The notes: generated by a model from the sequence alone, not told the origin. Positions 1-10,473 are shown, counted from the stretch's first letter. The stretch: DNA of 64,000 bases from a bacterium (GCA_963662285.2 CAXXMV010000008.1:32001-96000); one strand, 5' to 3'. Translations and numbers: made by a program.

Positions 1-272
1 TCCGGCAAAGTCAGCAAGATTCTCGGCGCTAAACCTTCTTTATATAGCGCAACGGCTTTTTCGAGGCGTAAAGTTCCGCCGCCAGATAGTACGACCAGCG
101 CATCGCATGGCGCCAGTTCGGATTCATAAACCAGCATTGATCCCATTTCGACCAGGATAGATTTCCGAAACGGTCCAGCCGCCAATACCACGCAAACCGC
201 GAAAAACAAAAACGCTCCAATTATAAGCCGCTTGATAATCCTTCTTCTTTTTGAAGCGGCGGCTCTGGACAT
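1..272 (-). CDS. YdcF/DUF218 (SanA/ElyC-like) membrane-anchored protein, 5' part; runs off the window start
   Basis: Not in the ORF track. Manual translation from ATG 272 gives MSRAAASKRRRIIKRLIIGAFLFFAVCVVLAAG...APCDALVVLSGGGTLRLEKAVALYKEGLAPRILLT, i.e. a TM anchor plus the DUF218 'D.IVVL.GG...R...A..LY..G.AP.IL.T' pattern. GGAG lies upstream. Confidence 0.8.
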   Translation of the reverse strand, partial: MSRAAASKRRRIIKRLIIGAFLFFAVCVVLAAGPFRKSILVEMGSMLVYESELAPCDALVVLSGGGTLRLEKAVALYKEGLAPRILLTLP

Positions 273-353
273 AAGGGTGAATGCTCCACCATTTTGTGGT
301 GCAGACAATATTACATTTTTAATTGCGCTGCTCAATTCAGGTAGTTTCATAGA

Positions 354-1253
354 TTATGCATTTATATGCGCTTCGATTCGCGCAATGGATTCATCAATTT
401 CTGCGGGAGATTTATGACCGATAGTAACAGCATCGACGCAATTTAAATTCATTACGCACTTGATAGATGCGTCCCTGCGTTGCGGATCTGTAAAATCGCC
501 ATTGCCGATCAGTTTCATACCGATGACGCCGGTTTTTTGAGCATGTATTTTCTTTATTGTATTGATCGCTTCATCACGGTTCGACTGTTCACCCCATTTG
601 CCTTCCAGGCCATCCATGTGAGTGCCATCATGGTTAATCCGAACCAGCGCTACATCGAGCCAGTCGTTGCCCGGCATGGCTTTGAGAGGTTTGAGTCCAT
701 GGCATGATGCGCCATGAGCCAGGATTATCTTCTTCTGCTTGGCCTCTTCTAAAGCATCCGTAAAATGCTTCAGTTTTTCCGGCCAATCATCAGTACTGAG
801 ACAATGCAGCAGCAGGATATCAAAATAGTCCGTTTTCAGTTCCTGACGGAAACGGTCAATATCCGCCTTGGCGTCCTTACTGGCGTACCAACGCAGTTTG
901 GTCATCAGTTTATATGAATCGCGGGGGATGCCTTTAAGCGCTTCGGCCAGCATCTCGTGCATGCCATCGTAACTATCAGCTGACTCGAAAAAGCGGATGC
1001 CTCTATCATAGGCGTGACGTACAAGTTTGGTGAATTTTTCCTGCCCTAATCCGCGCTGTACGCTGCCGCCCTCGCTGCCTGTTCCGAAGGCCAAGCGGGT
1101 TACTTTAATTCCAGATCTTCCCAAAGTCACCCAATCGGTGGCCAGGTGTTTGGCTGATAAAGATTCAGAAGCAGGCGCCAGCTGAGCTGTGGTTAAAACG
1201 CCTGCCGCCGCTGCTCCACTTCTTAAAAAATTACGTCTAGTGAGTTGAGACAT
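354..1253 (-). CDS. Aldo/keto reductase, Tat-exported
   Basis: TRRNFL twin-arginine signal; LGRSGIKVTRLAFGT, GIRFFESADSY, TDYFDILLLH and VIGMK AKR motifs. Confidence 0.85.
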   Translation of the reverse strand: MSQLTRRNFLRSGAAAAGVLTTAQLAPASESLSAKHLATDWVTLGRSGIKVTRLAFGTGSEGGSVQRGLGQEKFTKLVRHAYDRGIRFFESADSYDGMHEMLAEALKGIPRDSYKLMTKLRWYASKDAKADIDRFRQELKTDYFDILLLHCLSTDDWPEKLKHFTDALEEAKQKKIILAHGASCHGLKPLKAMPGNDWLDVALVRINHDGTHMDGLEGKWGEQSNRDEAINTIKKIHAQKTGVIGMKLIGNGDFTDPQRRDASIKCVMNLNCVDAVTIGHKSPAEIDESIARIEAHINA

Positions 1254-1370
1254 ATTCCACCTCTTAACTAGTTATTTTGTCATTACTTTATCATGGATGG
1301 AAAGATAGAGCAAAGGTTAGTTAAGACATGGGTACGTTGGTTTATCATGGATGATGAGTTGGCCTAAGAT

Positions 1371-2576
1371 TTACCACCGTATCCTGGCCAACAGCGTATC
1401 GCCTTTCCAGCCGTCATCGGGAAGGGTTTCACCGACTGTCACCCATGATTCATCCGGGGTTATTTCAGTAGTATGGAAGTTCCCCATTCTTGCGACATGC
1501 TTGCCGTTATTTACTCCATCGCCGATCAGGGGAAACACGGTTTGTTCCGATTCACGGATCAAGCATAATGATTGAGGATCAACCTGCGCGATGTATATTG
1601 GCGCTCTCCAGCGGAAAACATCAATGTTATGCTCCGCTTTACGGGTATATACCAGAAATAAACCATTGCGGTTTTCTATCCAATGCTGTTGAGTGGTAGA
1701 CATGGTTAATGGATCGCCATTCATCCAACTCCAGGGACGTTGCGGCTGCCAATGAATGCCATCATTGGATGCGCTGACATATCCATGCCCGTCTTCAGCG
1801 CGAATAGTCATCAGATAACGCCCATCGAATTGAGTGATAGATGGTTCCAGCAATCCCCGTTTGACGGGCAGAATAAGTTCCGGGCCGCTCTTTTTGATCT
1901 TGACCGTCTCGCCATCAAACGAACAGAGCACGGTTCCAACCATGCGGTCAGTGCGTCCCATGGGGGCGTAAGAGAATGGAATCAACAGGTCGCCGTTATC
2001 CAGATGCAGCCGTTGTCCGCATCCACAGGTATACATGGCAGTAGCGCGGGGATCATTCCATTCAATCTTTTTCCGCTCAGTCCAGGTTTGTTTTTGGGGA
2101 TCATAAATCGAATATGCGGGAAACCTTTGAGTACTGGGTTGCGTCAGTTTTCCATCTTTATAATAAACATTATGCCCAATAGCCAGCACTACGCCTGATT
2201 GAGAATGATAGAGAGGAACCACGTCGCAGACGCCTTCCTGCAAACCGCCTTCTATATCGCGCCTTGCGAAAGAGGAAATTGGTTTTGGTTCAGACCAGGT
2301 TTCACCCAGGTCATTGGTTATGGAGACATGAACCTGTCCGAAAACATCCGATCCGGTTATAGACTGGCAGTTCATAAGCACAATTGGATCAGGCTTTTGG
2401 GGAATTACGCATGCTCTGGGATGAAACCAGGTAATTTCTTCTTTGCGCCCGTTCCAGATGATTTCTCTCTTGATTGAGCGAATGGAATGGTTTGATTCTC
2501 CTAATGCGCTATGCATACCCAACACCGGCATGCAACCAGCCATAAGGAACAATCTTCGATTGATATTATTAACCAT
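1371..2576 (-). CDS. Sialidase/BNR-repeat (Asp-box) beta-propeller glycoside hydrolase family protein, Tat signal
   Basis: NRRLFL signal; Asp-box-like TNDLGETW and SNDGIHW; RGLLEPS and RWRAP motifs. Confidence 0.75.
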   Translation of the reverse strand: MVNNINRRLFLMAGCMPVLGMHSALGESNHSIRSIKREIIWNGRKEEITWFHPRACVIPQKPDPIVLMNCQSITGSDVFGQVHVSITNDLGETWSEPKPISSFARRDIEGGLQEGVCDVVPLYHSQSGVVLAIGHNVYYKDGKLTQPSTQRFPAYSIYDPQKQTWTERKKIEWNDPRATAMYTCGCGQRLHLDNGDLLIPFSYAPMGRTDRMVGTVLCSFDGETVKIKKSGPELILPVKRGLLEPSITQFDGRYLMTIRAEDGHGYVSASNDGIHWQPQRPWSWMNGDPLTMSTTQQHWIENRNGLFLVYTRKAEHNIDVFRWRAPIYIAQVDPQSLCLIRESEQTVFPLIGDGVNNGKHVARMGNFHTTEITPDESWVTVGETLPDDGWKGDTLLARIRW

Positions 2577-2839
2577 TTTTTCATCCCCGGTATATTTCCA
2601 TTTAGAATTGTTAAAAATCCCAATTACGGAATCTAGTACTTAACCATAACATATTCAGCCCATAATAAAAATGGATGTTGATTGAATGATAGTACTATTC
2701 CCATATAAATACCTGGGATCATTTTTGGTAACGTTTATCAAATAACTGTAGAAGTAACTCTTGTGGTTACCCGATTATGAATCCTATTTGGTTTTTCCAA
2801 TTTCCCGTGACAACGGGCTAACCGGGCGCCCATAAAGGG

Positions 2840-2986
2840 CAATGTCATTAAGTTAAAGAATTTCACCCTATCGTTAGTGGCTTGATCAAGGGCTGACCGC
2901 AATGCGGTCTTGCCCTTGGCACCCAGCGATTGTGTCTGACTAAAATCGGCTGTTTTAGTGAGTTCTGAAATTAATTATTGATATAG
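2840..2986. mobile_element. Possible degenerate IS4-like miniature element (MITE)
   Basis: Left end CAATGTCATTAAGTTAA (2840-2856) resembles IS4-type termini, with a degenerate inverted copy TTAATTATTGATATAG (2971-2986). Internal hairpin CAAGGGC-TGACCGC-AAT-GCGGTC-TT-GCCCTTG; no ORF. Confidence 0.35.
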
Positions 2987-2989
2987 ACG

Positions 2990-3018
2990 AAAAAAGGGGT
3001 CCAACGACCCCTTTTTTT
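2990..3018 (-). terminator. Rho-independent terminator downstream of mltG (bidirectional shape)
   Basis: AAAAAAGGGGTC-caac-GACCCCTTTTTT. Confidence 0.75.
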
Positions 3019-3047
3019 ATTATCAATTGATACGAGAATTAATAATA

Positions 3048-4118
3048 CTAACGCTTCAATTGCTTTTTCAATTCAAGAAACTCATCATAAGATGCAGTGA
3101 ATTTGGTTTCGCCGTTCAGAGCTATAAAGTAGAGATAATCAGTCTGGGCAGGGTCCACTGCGGCCAGGATCGATTCTTTACCGGGATTACAGATAGCGGC
3201 GGCAGGTAGTCCTTTGTTTTTGTAGGTGTTATAAGGAGAATCTATTTGCAGATCATCTTTGGTTAATGGACGACTCCAGTCGTTGATTGCATAATGGATC
3301 GTACTATCAGCCTGCAAGGGCATATTCTTTTTAAGTCTATTTACGAAGACCGATGCAATAAGCGCACGATCTTCAGATTTTTTGGCTTCTTTCTCTATGA
3401 TTGAAGCCAAAATTACAATTTTGAAGATGCGCTGAAGGTATTCAGGAGTATCGGCTTTCCACCAATAAGTCTCTTTGCCGCCTTCTTTTTCTTCCTTTTC
3501 TTCAGCCGCATCAACAATTTCCTGCATAACAGATTCAAACTTTTTAGTCATGCGATCAACCACTTTAACCGGAGGAGTATTCTTGAATAAATAATAAGTA
3601 TCAGGGAAAAGAATACCTTCAATAGCAGAATTAGCGCCACCAGGGGCTTGAGCAATTGCGAAAGTGAAAATGCTGTTAAAGCGGCATCGTTCCAGGAAAC
3701 CTTCAGCCGTACAGATATCCATCTCTTCGCAGCGTTTGGCGATATCCAATTGGGTGAAACCTTCGGGAATCACTAAAGAACGGTAATATTGCGATCCAGT
3801 GGCGAGCATATCCAGGATTTGAGATGGACTTTGATCCCCCCGGATTTCATATTCACCAGCTTTAAGTTTTTCGCCCAATCCCCGGAAATCAGCAAAAATC
3901 AAGAAAACAGTTGTATTATCAATTACTTCTTTTTCTTTGAGCAAATCAGCAATTTGACGGGCGGTTTTACCTTCAGTAATCTCAATAGTGAAACTTTGAT
4001 CTTCTTCGCCCCAAGCATTGGTCCATATTTTATACTCGGTAAATGCGAACCAGCCTAAAATTAAAACTGCCGCTAAAATAAGAAAAGCAATAACGCCCCA
4101 CACCTTTTTTCTATTCAT
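3048..4118 (-). CDS. mltG: Endolytic murein transglycosylase MltG (YceG family)
   Basis: N-terminal TM, LKAGEY, IPEG, EGILFPDTY, LASIIEKEA, NRLKKNMPLQAD, SPYNTY..GLP..I.NPG. Confidence 0.93.
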   Translation of the reverse strand: MNRKKVWGVIAFLILAAVLILGWFAFTEYKIWTNAWGEEDQSFTIEITEGKTARQIADLLKEKEVIDNTTVFLIFADFRGLGEKLKAGEYEIRGDQSPSQILDMLATGSQYYRSLVIPEGFTQLDIAKRCEEMDICTAEGFLERCRFNSIFTFAIAQAPGGANSAIEGILFPDTYYLFKNTPPVKVVDRMTKKFESVMQEIVDAAEEKEEKEGGKETYWWKADTPEYLQRIFKIVILASIIEKEAKKSEDRALIASVFVNRLKKNMPLQADSTIHYAINDWSRPLTKDDLQIDSPYNTYKNKGLPAAAICNPGKESILAAVDPAQTDYLYFIALNGETKFTASYDEFLELKKQLKR

Positions 4119-4431
4119 TGCTATATAATCTCCTGTAAATTATTGGAGTTAAGATTATTCTATACTAAATCTATTGCAAGGATTACTTGATGTTTTAATG
4201 CCTATTAATAAATAATATCGAGATTTAAACTCTATAAAAAGGCCGAAATGTCAATTATTGTCTTATTAAAGTGGTTTTCATAATAACATTCTGTTTGGCG
4301 ATTAGAAAAAGCCAGAAAAGATTGGCTTTTTCTAAGACCATATGTGATATTAAACAAAATATCTTAGTAATCGCTCTAAAACAAATACATAAAACCATAA
4401 TTTCATGCATTATTTTAAGGAGAATAATTAG

Positions 4432-5805
4432 ATGACCGATTTATCTACATTTATTAAGAATAATCAATCTCGTTTTGTCGATGAGTTAATCGATTTTCTA
4501 CGCATCCCCAGCGTTAGCGCCAAGAGCGATTATAAGGAACATTGCATCAGAGCCGCAAAGTTTCTGATCAATGAGTTTAACCGGCTTGGCCTGGAAACTA
4601 CACTGGTGGAAACGCCAGGCAATCCACTTGTATTAGCAAACTACAGAGCCAGTGACGATGCGCCAACTATACTTATCTATGGTCATTACGATGTGCAGCC
4701 CGAAGAACCTCTCAATCTGTGGGATACGCCTCCATTCGAACCTACAATACGCGATAACAATATCTATGGACGTGGATCGACTGACGACAAAGGCCAAATC
4801 TACGCCCATATTAAAGCTGTTGAATCACTTTTGCAAACCGATGGCGCCATCTCCTGCAATATAAAATTTCTTATCGAAGGAGAAGAAGAAGTCGCTGGTG
4901 AAAATTTAGATAATTTCATAAAAACCAACCAGGAACTTCTAAAAGCTGATGTCGCCATTATTAGTGATTCAAGTCAGTTCGCTGCTGATATGCCTGCGAT
5001 ATGTTATGGTTTACGGGGAATATGCGCAGTTGAAATACGGGTTGATGCGGCAAAGAGCGACCTGCATTCCGGCTCATTCGGCGGCGCCGTCCCCAATCCC
5101 TGTAATACCTTGTGCGATATTGTCTCTCAATTAAAAGACGTCGATGGTCGCATACTTATTCCCGGTTTTTATGATAATGTTTTAGAACTTGAAGAATGGG
5201 AGCGTGAAGAGTTCGCCTCTCTTCCCTGGAATGAAGAACAATTTATCGACCATCTAGGAGTTCCTGGTCTTCATGGAGAAAAAGGCTATAGCGCATTAGA
5301 AAGAAAATGGGCGCGGCCCACCCTGGATGTGAATGGCATATTCGGAGGATACTCCGGCGAGGGAGACAAAACCATCATCCCGGCCTGGGCGGGAGCGAAA
5401 ATCACTATGCGACTGGTTTCCAATCAGAAACCCGCCGAAATTATTGCACTTTTCCGGAAATATGTTGAGAAAATCGCCCCTGACTATATTAAATTAACCA
5501 TAAACGCGCATGGCGGAGGCAGACCGGTGTTGGTTCCACGAGACGCGCTGTTTATGAATGAGGCGGTTGAAGCGTTAAAATTCGGTTTCGGATGCGAGCC
5601 GTTCTTTATCCGTGAAGGAGGATCAATTCCCATAGTTTCCACTATAAATAAAGAATTAGGGCTGAATACGTTACTGCTGGGATTTGGACTGCCGGATGAT
5701 AATGCTCACGCTCCCAATGAAAAATTCAGTTTGCGGGATTATCAACGCGGAATCATCACTTCCGCCCGATTTCTTCAACTGATTGGGCAAAAAAATATAA
5801 CATAA
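4432..5805 (+). CDS. M20/M25/M40 family dipeptidase
   Basis: YGHYDVQP, GRGSTDDKG, EGEEE, DLHSG, GGSIP, HAPNE; AAGGAG RBS. Confidence 0.92.
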   Translation: MTDLSTFIKNNQSRFVDELIDFLRIPSVSAKSDYKEHCIRAAKFLINEFNRLGLETTLVETPGNPLVLANYRASDDAPTILIYGHYDVQPEEPLNLWDTPPFEPTIRDNNIYGRGSTDDKGQIYAHIKAVESLLQTDGAISCNIKFLIEGEEEVAGENLDNFIKTNQELLKADVAIISDSSQFAADMPAICYGLRGICAVEIRVDAAKSDLHSGSFGGAVPNPCNTLCDIVSQLKDVDGRILIPGFYDNVLELEEWEREEFASLPWNEEQFIDHLGVPGLHGEKGYSALERKWARPTLDVNGIFGGYSGEGDKTIIPAWAGAKITMRLVSNQKPAEIIALFRKYVEKIAPDYIKLTINAHGGGRPVLVPRDALFMNEAVEALKFGFGCEPFFIREGGSIPIVSTINKELGLNTLLLGFGLPDDNAHAPNEKFSLRDYQRGIITSARFLQLIGQKNIT

Positions 5806-6145
5806 CCATTATCTATGTATGTTGTTACGATTTTTTTTATACAAAATACAGTTTGTGATTAAAAAGAATTACATTTTAATCTTGATCAGTTATGATTTAT
5901 ATAATAGGAGAAGAGTAGTTGTCATAATATTTTTCTGGTTTGCTACAAGAAAAAGTCAGAAAAAAAAAAATTACTTTTCCGAAAACCATACGTAGTAAAG
6001 ATGAACCGGCGAAAATTGGTTGAAATAGTGTAAAACCGAGATATTTGCAGTACAAATTGTTCTCTGCATTCCTTATCTGATGGCGGTAGTATTGTATAAG
6101 AAAAATTAGAGAATGAGTTTAAGACATAGGAAATAGTTCACCAAA

Positions 6146-6979
6146 ATGAGAAATAATCACATTACAATGCCAAGAAACCAGCAATTATTCTCTACTAAAC
6201 AATCCGCAAGCATCCCTACAGATCATCCCCGGCAACGTTCAGTACGTGGAGAAGGTTCCATGGTCGAAGCGATCAATTCAAGACTCTGTGATATCGAAGA
6301 ACTTATAAAAGACCTGGAAATAAAAAAACATCTCATTGGAATAGATTTGCCTGATTTATTCGATCAGTTGGTAACAATCGCTGATAAATCAGATTCGATA
6401 ATTCAGCCGCTTGTTGCATTAGAAAAGGATATAGAGAAACAAAAGCGAATTTCTCCCAATTATCAGAAATATCATCGAGTTTTCATCGATATACAACAGT
6501 TAAGAGATTTAGGCGATAATAAAGCGGCGGATGAATTAGAAGCCAGCCAGGATTCTAATTTCCATAAGTTTCAGCAGGAATATAGCGCTTTAATCCCTCT
6601 TATTGATAAGGCGAGAGAGTTGCGGTTTGATCTTCTTACAGAGAAAAGAAAACTTTTACGCATTCACTACAACCTCATGAGAGCATCCCTTAACTGGCAG
6701 ACCAATGAAGTTTTGGGTATGATAGAAAATCACTTTGGTGAAGAAAGCCAATATAAAGAATATCGTAAATTGCTTAAACCATGGGAAAATATCGCTGAAT
6801 TTAATTTTACTACCTGGAAAGAAGATACTTCCATCACCCGTCAGATCACTATGCTGGAAGATGATATCAATACGCTATACGAAGAAGTTGATTACTCCCT
6901 ACCTACTGCCAGCGAGTTTATCAATAAAATTGCGCACTTAATTCAAAAAGAGATCGTACACTTGACTGCAGCTGTCTAG
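6146..6979 (+). CDS. Hypothetical alpha-helical/coiled-coil protein
   Basis: 277-aa ORF with a heptad-rich charged sequence, followed by a terminator; no recognisable motif; start uncertain. Confidence 0.6.
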   Translation: MRNNHITMPRNQQLFSTKQSASIPTDHPRQRSVRGEGSMVEAINSRLCDIEELIKDLEIKKHLIGIDLPDLFDQLVTIADKSDSIIQPLVALEKDIEKQKRISPNYQKYHRVFIDIQQLRDLGDNKAADELEASQDSNFHKFQQEYSALIPLIDKARELRFDLLTEKRKLLRIHYNLMRASLNWQTNEVLGMIENHFGEESQYKEYRKLLKPWENIAEFNFTTWKEDTSITRQITMLEDDINTLYEEVDYSLPTASEFINKIAHLIQKEIVHLTAAV

Positions 6980-7009
6980 CATTAACCAACCACCAATACA
7001 GTTTATCAA

Positions 7010-7044
7010 AAGGAGCGCCTTAATAAGCGCTCCTTCGTTCTTTT
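7010..7044 (+). terminator. Rho-independent terminator
   Basis: AAGGAGCGC-cttaataa-GCGCTCCTT then a T-rich tail. Confidence 0.65.
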
Positions 7045-7113
7045 AATTTGTTTCTATAAGCGTTATTGTATAATTCATAGGTTGAACAATATGATATTTT
7101 TTGAGGTCTAATA

Positions 7114-10100
7114 ATGACTAACTTAAATTCTCTATTTATTGGTAGATTTTTATTGATTCTTGCAATTTTATTGGTTTCATTGGTTCAGTTGCAGGGATTT
7201 TGTGAATCAAACAACCAGATAAGATTCGACTTTGAAACTGGCGACCTGCAAGGATGGAGTGTTGTTGAAGGCGCCTTTGACCGGACTATATGCGACCAGG
7301 CGGTTTTCCATAACCATCCGGATCGAGCCTATAATAAACAGGGGAAGTATTATCTAAACACCCTCGAAAAATCTGACGGCAATCGCACCGATTCTTTTAC
7401 GGGCATCATTGAATCCCCGGTTTTCAGCCTTGATGGCGCTGAAATATCTTTTCTGGTTGGCGGCGGAAATAATGCGTCAATTTACGTCGCGCTCTGCGAC
7501 CTGGATGGGAAAGAGATTCTCAAAGCCAGAGGCAATAACACCGAAATAATGCAACGCGTTTTTTGGGATGCCAAGGAACTTACCGGCCAAAAATGCTTTC
7601 TCCGGATAGTTGATAATTACCAAGGCGGCTGGGGACATATCACATTTGATGATTTTCTCGCTCAAGGCGCCATTGATCCAATACTCACGAAACAACGCCT
7701 GGCTGAACGGGAACAGATTATTCAAAACGAACGCTTAACAAAAACTAAAAGCGAATGCCAGAAAATACTAACCTCATTGGAACTGGCAATTATTGATTTA
7801 AATGACTCCTTTGCATCGCAATACTCCAATGGCCACAAGTATTTATCTGCTCTAAACGCTCTAAAAATAAAAATTGATGATCTCAATTTTTCTGATATTA
7901 ACAAACTTAATGATGAAATTGCTTCTCTCCAACGCCAGGCTCTGCTGGATAATCCACTGGTAATGGATCACCCTATTTTATTCGTCAGTAGGCCGCAATA
8001 CCTTCCCGATCACCATAGCACGGCGACCATATTCCAGAATGGAGAAATCAACACCGCCAGTTTCCGGGGCAAAAGCGCGTTGAAGGTTTTAGATATTAAG
8101 CATAATACAACAACCACATTAATTGATTGCCCCGATGGCGTCATCCGCGATCCTGAAGTCAATTATGACGGCGACCGCATCGTTCTTTCTATCCGAAACA
8201 ATAAAGCAGACGATTATCACCTATATGAAATTGATGTAGAAACCATGCATTCCCGTCAATTGACCTTTGGTTCTGAACTGTCTGACATCGATCCGGTCTA
8301 TCTGCCTACTGGAGAGATTGTGTTTGTCTCAACCCGCGAGCCGAAGTACTGCCAATGCAACCGACATATCATGGGCAACCTGTTCAAGATGGAAGCCGAC
8401 GGTCAGAACATTCAGCAAATCGGCAGGAATACTCTGTTTGAAGGACACCCGGTCATCATGCCGGATGGCAGGATTCTTTATGACCGCTGGGAATATGTTG
8501 ATAAGCATTTCGGCCCGGCCTTCGGTCTATGGACTGCTAATCCGGATGGAACCAATCATGCTATCTATTATGGCAACAACGCCTGGTCTCCCGGCGCTAT
8601 TCTGGATGCCAGAATTATTCCAGATACCCAAAAGGTCGTCGCGACTCTCGGCTCGTGTCACGACCGCCCCTGGGGCGCTATCGCCATTATTGACCGCCAA
8701 ATTGGTTTGGACGGTATTGAACCGATAATCCACAGTTGGCCTTCGGATATCAATTCTCTTATCACAGATAGTAAAAATTATGGTAAAGGCGTATCACGCG
8801 GTCATCCAGCTGGCGGCCAAATTGATAATTTCACACGGCTGAATCCTAAATACGAAGATCCATTTCCTCTTTCCGATAAATATTTTCTCTGCTCCCGTAC
8901 AATCGAGGGAGAAAGAACCGGGCTTTTCCTGCTGGATGTTTTCGGCAACGAAATTTGCATCTATCAGGAAGATCAATCGGGATGCTATGATCCCATGATC
9001 ATAAAAACCTATCCGACGCCTAAAACCATACCCTCCAGAGTTGATTACTCCAGAAATGATGGCTTGTTTTATGTTGCTGACGTTTACATGGGCGATGGCA
9101 TGAAAAAGGTTAAACGGGGAACCATTAGAACCCTGCGTATTGTGGAAGCGCCTCTTAAACTGTTCTGGACTCAAACCAACTGGAACCTTGACGCCACTCA
9201 GGCGCCAGCTATGAATTTTAATTGCACTAACAATAAGCGAATCCTGGGTGATGTTCCGGTCGAGAAGGATGGTTCAGTTTATTTCTCGGTTCCAGCAGAT
9301 AAATTCCTCTTCTTCCAACTACTGGATGACAAAGGCATGATGGTCAATAGTATGCGCAGCGGAACCACCGTCCGTCCCGGAGAGTTGCTGAGTTGCATCG
9401 GCTGCCATGAGCAACGCCTGACTTCTGCGCAGAACAATATGCAGTCTCTGGCATTACGAAAACCACCCGCTGCTTACAAAACCTGGTATGGAGCGCCGCG
9501 GGAGTTCAACTATCTTACCGAAGTGCAACCCGTTTTTGATAAGCATTGCGTATCGTGTCATGACTATGGCAAAAAAGCTGGTAAAGCATTGAACCTGTCG
9601 GGCGACTTGGGATTAGTTTTTAACACCTCGTACCTTGAGTTGCGCCGCAAATCGTCTTTGCGCTGGTTTAAGCAAGATGCAAACGAGAAAAAATTATTGG
9701 TCAAATCGGTTGATGATGGCCCGCCGGAAGCGCTGCCCGCTTTCGCATGGGGTTCGCACCGCAGCCGTTTGGTAGATGTAATCCTCAGCGGACACGGTAA
9801 AATCAACCAGGATCAGGAAAGTTTGGACCGCATTATCACCTGGATTGATATGAATGCGCCCTACTATGGTTCATACGCCAGCGTTTATCCTGATAACGTT
9901 TTTGGCCGTTCTCCTTTGAATGATGAGGATATAAAGAAACTGCGCGAATTAACGGGCGTTAATGTAGGTGATATCAGCACGGAACTGCAAGGCTCGCAGT
10001 GCAACTTCACCCGTCCTGAATTCAGCCCGTGTTTGCAGGGACTCAAAGAAAAGAATCCGAGCAATTACGCCACAGCATTGCAGATCATCCAAAAGGGCAA

Positions 10101-10242
10101 GCAACAATTGGCCGCTAAACCCAGAATGGATATGCCCGGCGCCAAAATGCTGCAATGCGACCTGGATAAAATCGCTAAATACCAGAATCAAGTTGATCTG
10201 GAAAATCAAACCAGGAAAAATTTGCAATCTTTATTGCACTGA
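7114..10242 (+). CDS. Secreted HzsA-related protein: N-terminal carbohydrate-binding-like beta-sandwich, TolB-like propeller, HZS-alpha middle domain, 2 CxxCH
   Basis: Signal peptide; FDFETGDLQGW...GGWGHITFDD; DPVYLPTGEIVFVSTR, DGRILYDRWEY; RILGDVPVEKDGS..F.VPA, FFQLLDDKG..V..MRS, CIGCHE, VQPVFDKHCVSCH. Confidence 0.75.
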   Translation: MTNLNSLFIGRFLLILAILLVSLVQLQGFCESNNQIRFDFETGDLQGWSVVEGAFDRTICDQAVFHNHPDRAYNKQGKYYLNTLEKSDGNRTDSFTGIIESPVFSLDGAEISFLVGGGNNASIYVALCDLDGKEILKARGNNTEIMQRVFWDAKELTGQKCFLRIVDNYQGGWGHITFDDFLAQGAIDPILTKQRLAEREQIIQNERLTKTKSECQKILTSLELAIIDLNDSFASQYSNGHKYLSALNALKIKIDDLNFSDINKLNDEIASLQRQALLDNPLVMDHPILFVSRPQYLPDHHSTATIFQNGEINTASFRGKSALKVLDIKHNTTTTLIDCPDGVIRDPEVNYDGDRIVLSIRNNKADDYHLYEIDVETMHSRQLTFGSELSDIDPVYLPTGEIVFVSTREPKYCQCNRHIMGNLFKMEADGQNIQQIGRNTLFEGHPVIMPDGRILYDRWEYVDKHFGPAFGLWTANPDGTNHAIYYGNNAWSPGAILDARIIPDTQKVVATLGSCHDRPWGAIAIIDRQIGLDGIEPIIHSWPSDINSLITDSKNYGKGVSRGHPAGGQIDNFTRLNPKYEDPFPLSDKYFLCSRTIEGERTGLFLLDVFGNEICIYQEDQSGCYDPMIIKTYPTPKTIPSRVDYSRNDGLFYVADVYMGDGMKKVKRGTIRTLRIVEAPLKLFWTQTNWNLDATQAPAMNFNCTNNKRILGDVPVEKDGSVYFSVPADKFLFFQLLDDKGMMVNSMRSGTTVRPGELLSCIGCHEQRLTSAQNNMQSLALRKPPAAYKTWYGAPREFNYLTEVQPVFDKHCVSCHDYGKKAGKALNLSGDLGLVFNTSYLELRRKSSLRWFKQDANEKKLLVKSVDDGPPEALPAFAWGSHRSRLVDVILSGHGKINQDQESLDRIITWIDMNAPYYGSYASVYPDNVFGRSPLNDEDIKKLRELTGVNVGDISTELQGSQCNFTRPEFSPCLQGLKEKNPSNYATALQIIQKGKQQLAAKPRMDMPGAKMLQCDLDKIAKYQNQVDLENQTRKNLQSLLH

Positions 10243-10325
10243 CGCTATATCTATAGTTCACTTATTGGTTTAAAATTGCTGTAATATAAAACATTCGTAA
10301 TAGTTTAGCCTTTTGAAATGCTTGA

Positions 10326-10414
10326 TCCCTCCCTCAAGCCTGGGGGAGGTTAGGAGGGGGTTGATCCTTCGAGGCGCAACCCCCCTCTAACTCCCCCCAA
10401 ACTTGGGGGGAGAA
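10326..10414. repeat. Inverted pair of C/G-run palindromic repeats (CCCT family)
   Basis: TCCCTCCCTCAAGCCTGGGGGAGGTTAGGAGGGGGTTG ... CAACCCCCCTCTAACTCCCCCCAAACTTGGGGGGAGAA; relatives at 20927, 58965 and 59065. Confidence 0.7.
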
Positions 10415-10473
10415 TTTTATCTTATCATTTCATACAGCTAACCTGTTTCGATCATTCAATAAGGAGCGGTTTA

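Noticed and set aside
29-220. 63-aa Trp-rich ORF from the track
   Set aside because: It is an alternative frame of the YdcF/DUF218 gene that starts at 272 and runs off the window
5959-5970. Poly-A run upstream of the 6146 gene as a phase-variation tract
   Set aside because: Lies in a generally AT-rich spacer and cannot be placed between identifiable -35/-10 elements
7114-10242. Evidence for anammox metabolism
   Set aside because: Only an HzsA-like domain; no hzsB/hzsC or hydrazine dehydrogenase nearby, and such homologues are widespread in non-anammox bacteria
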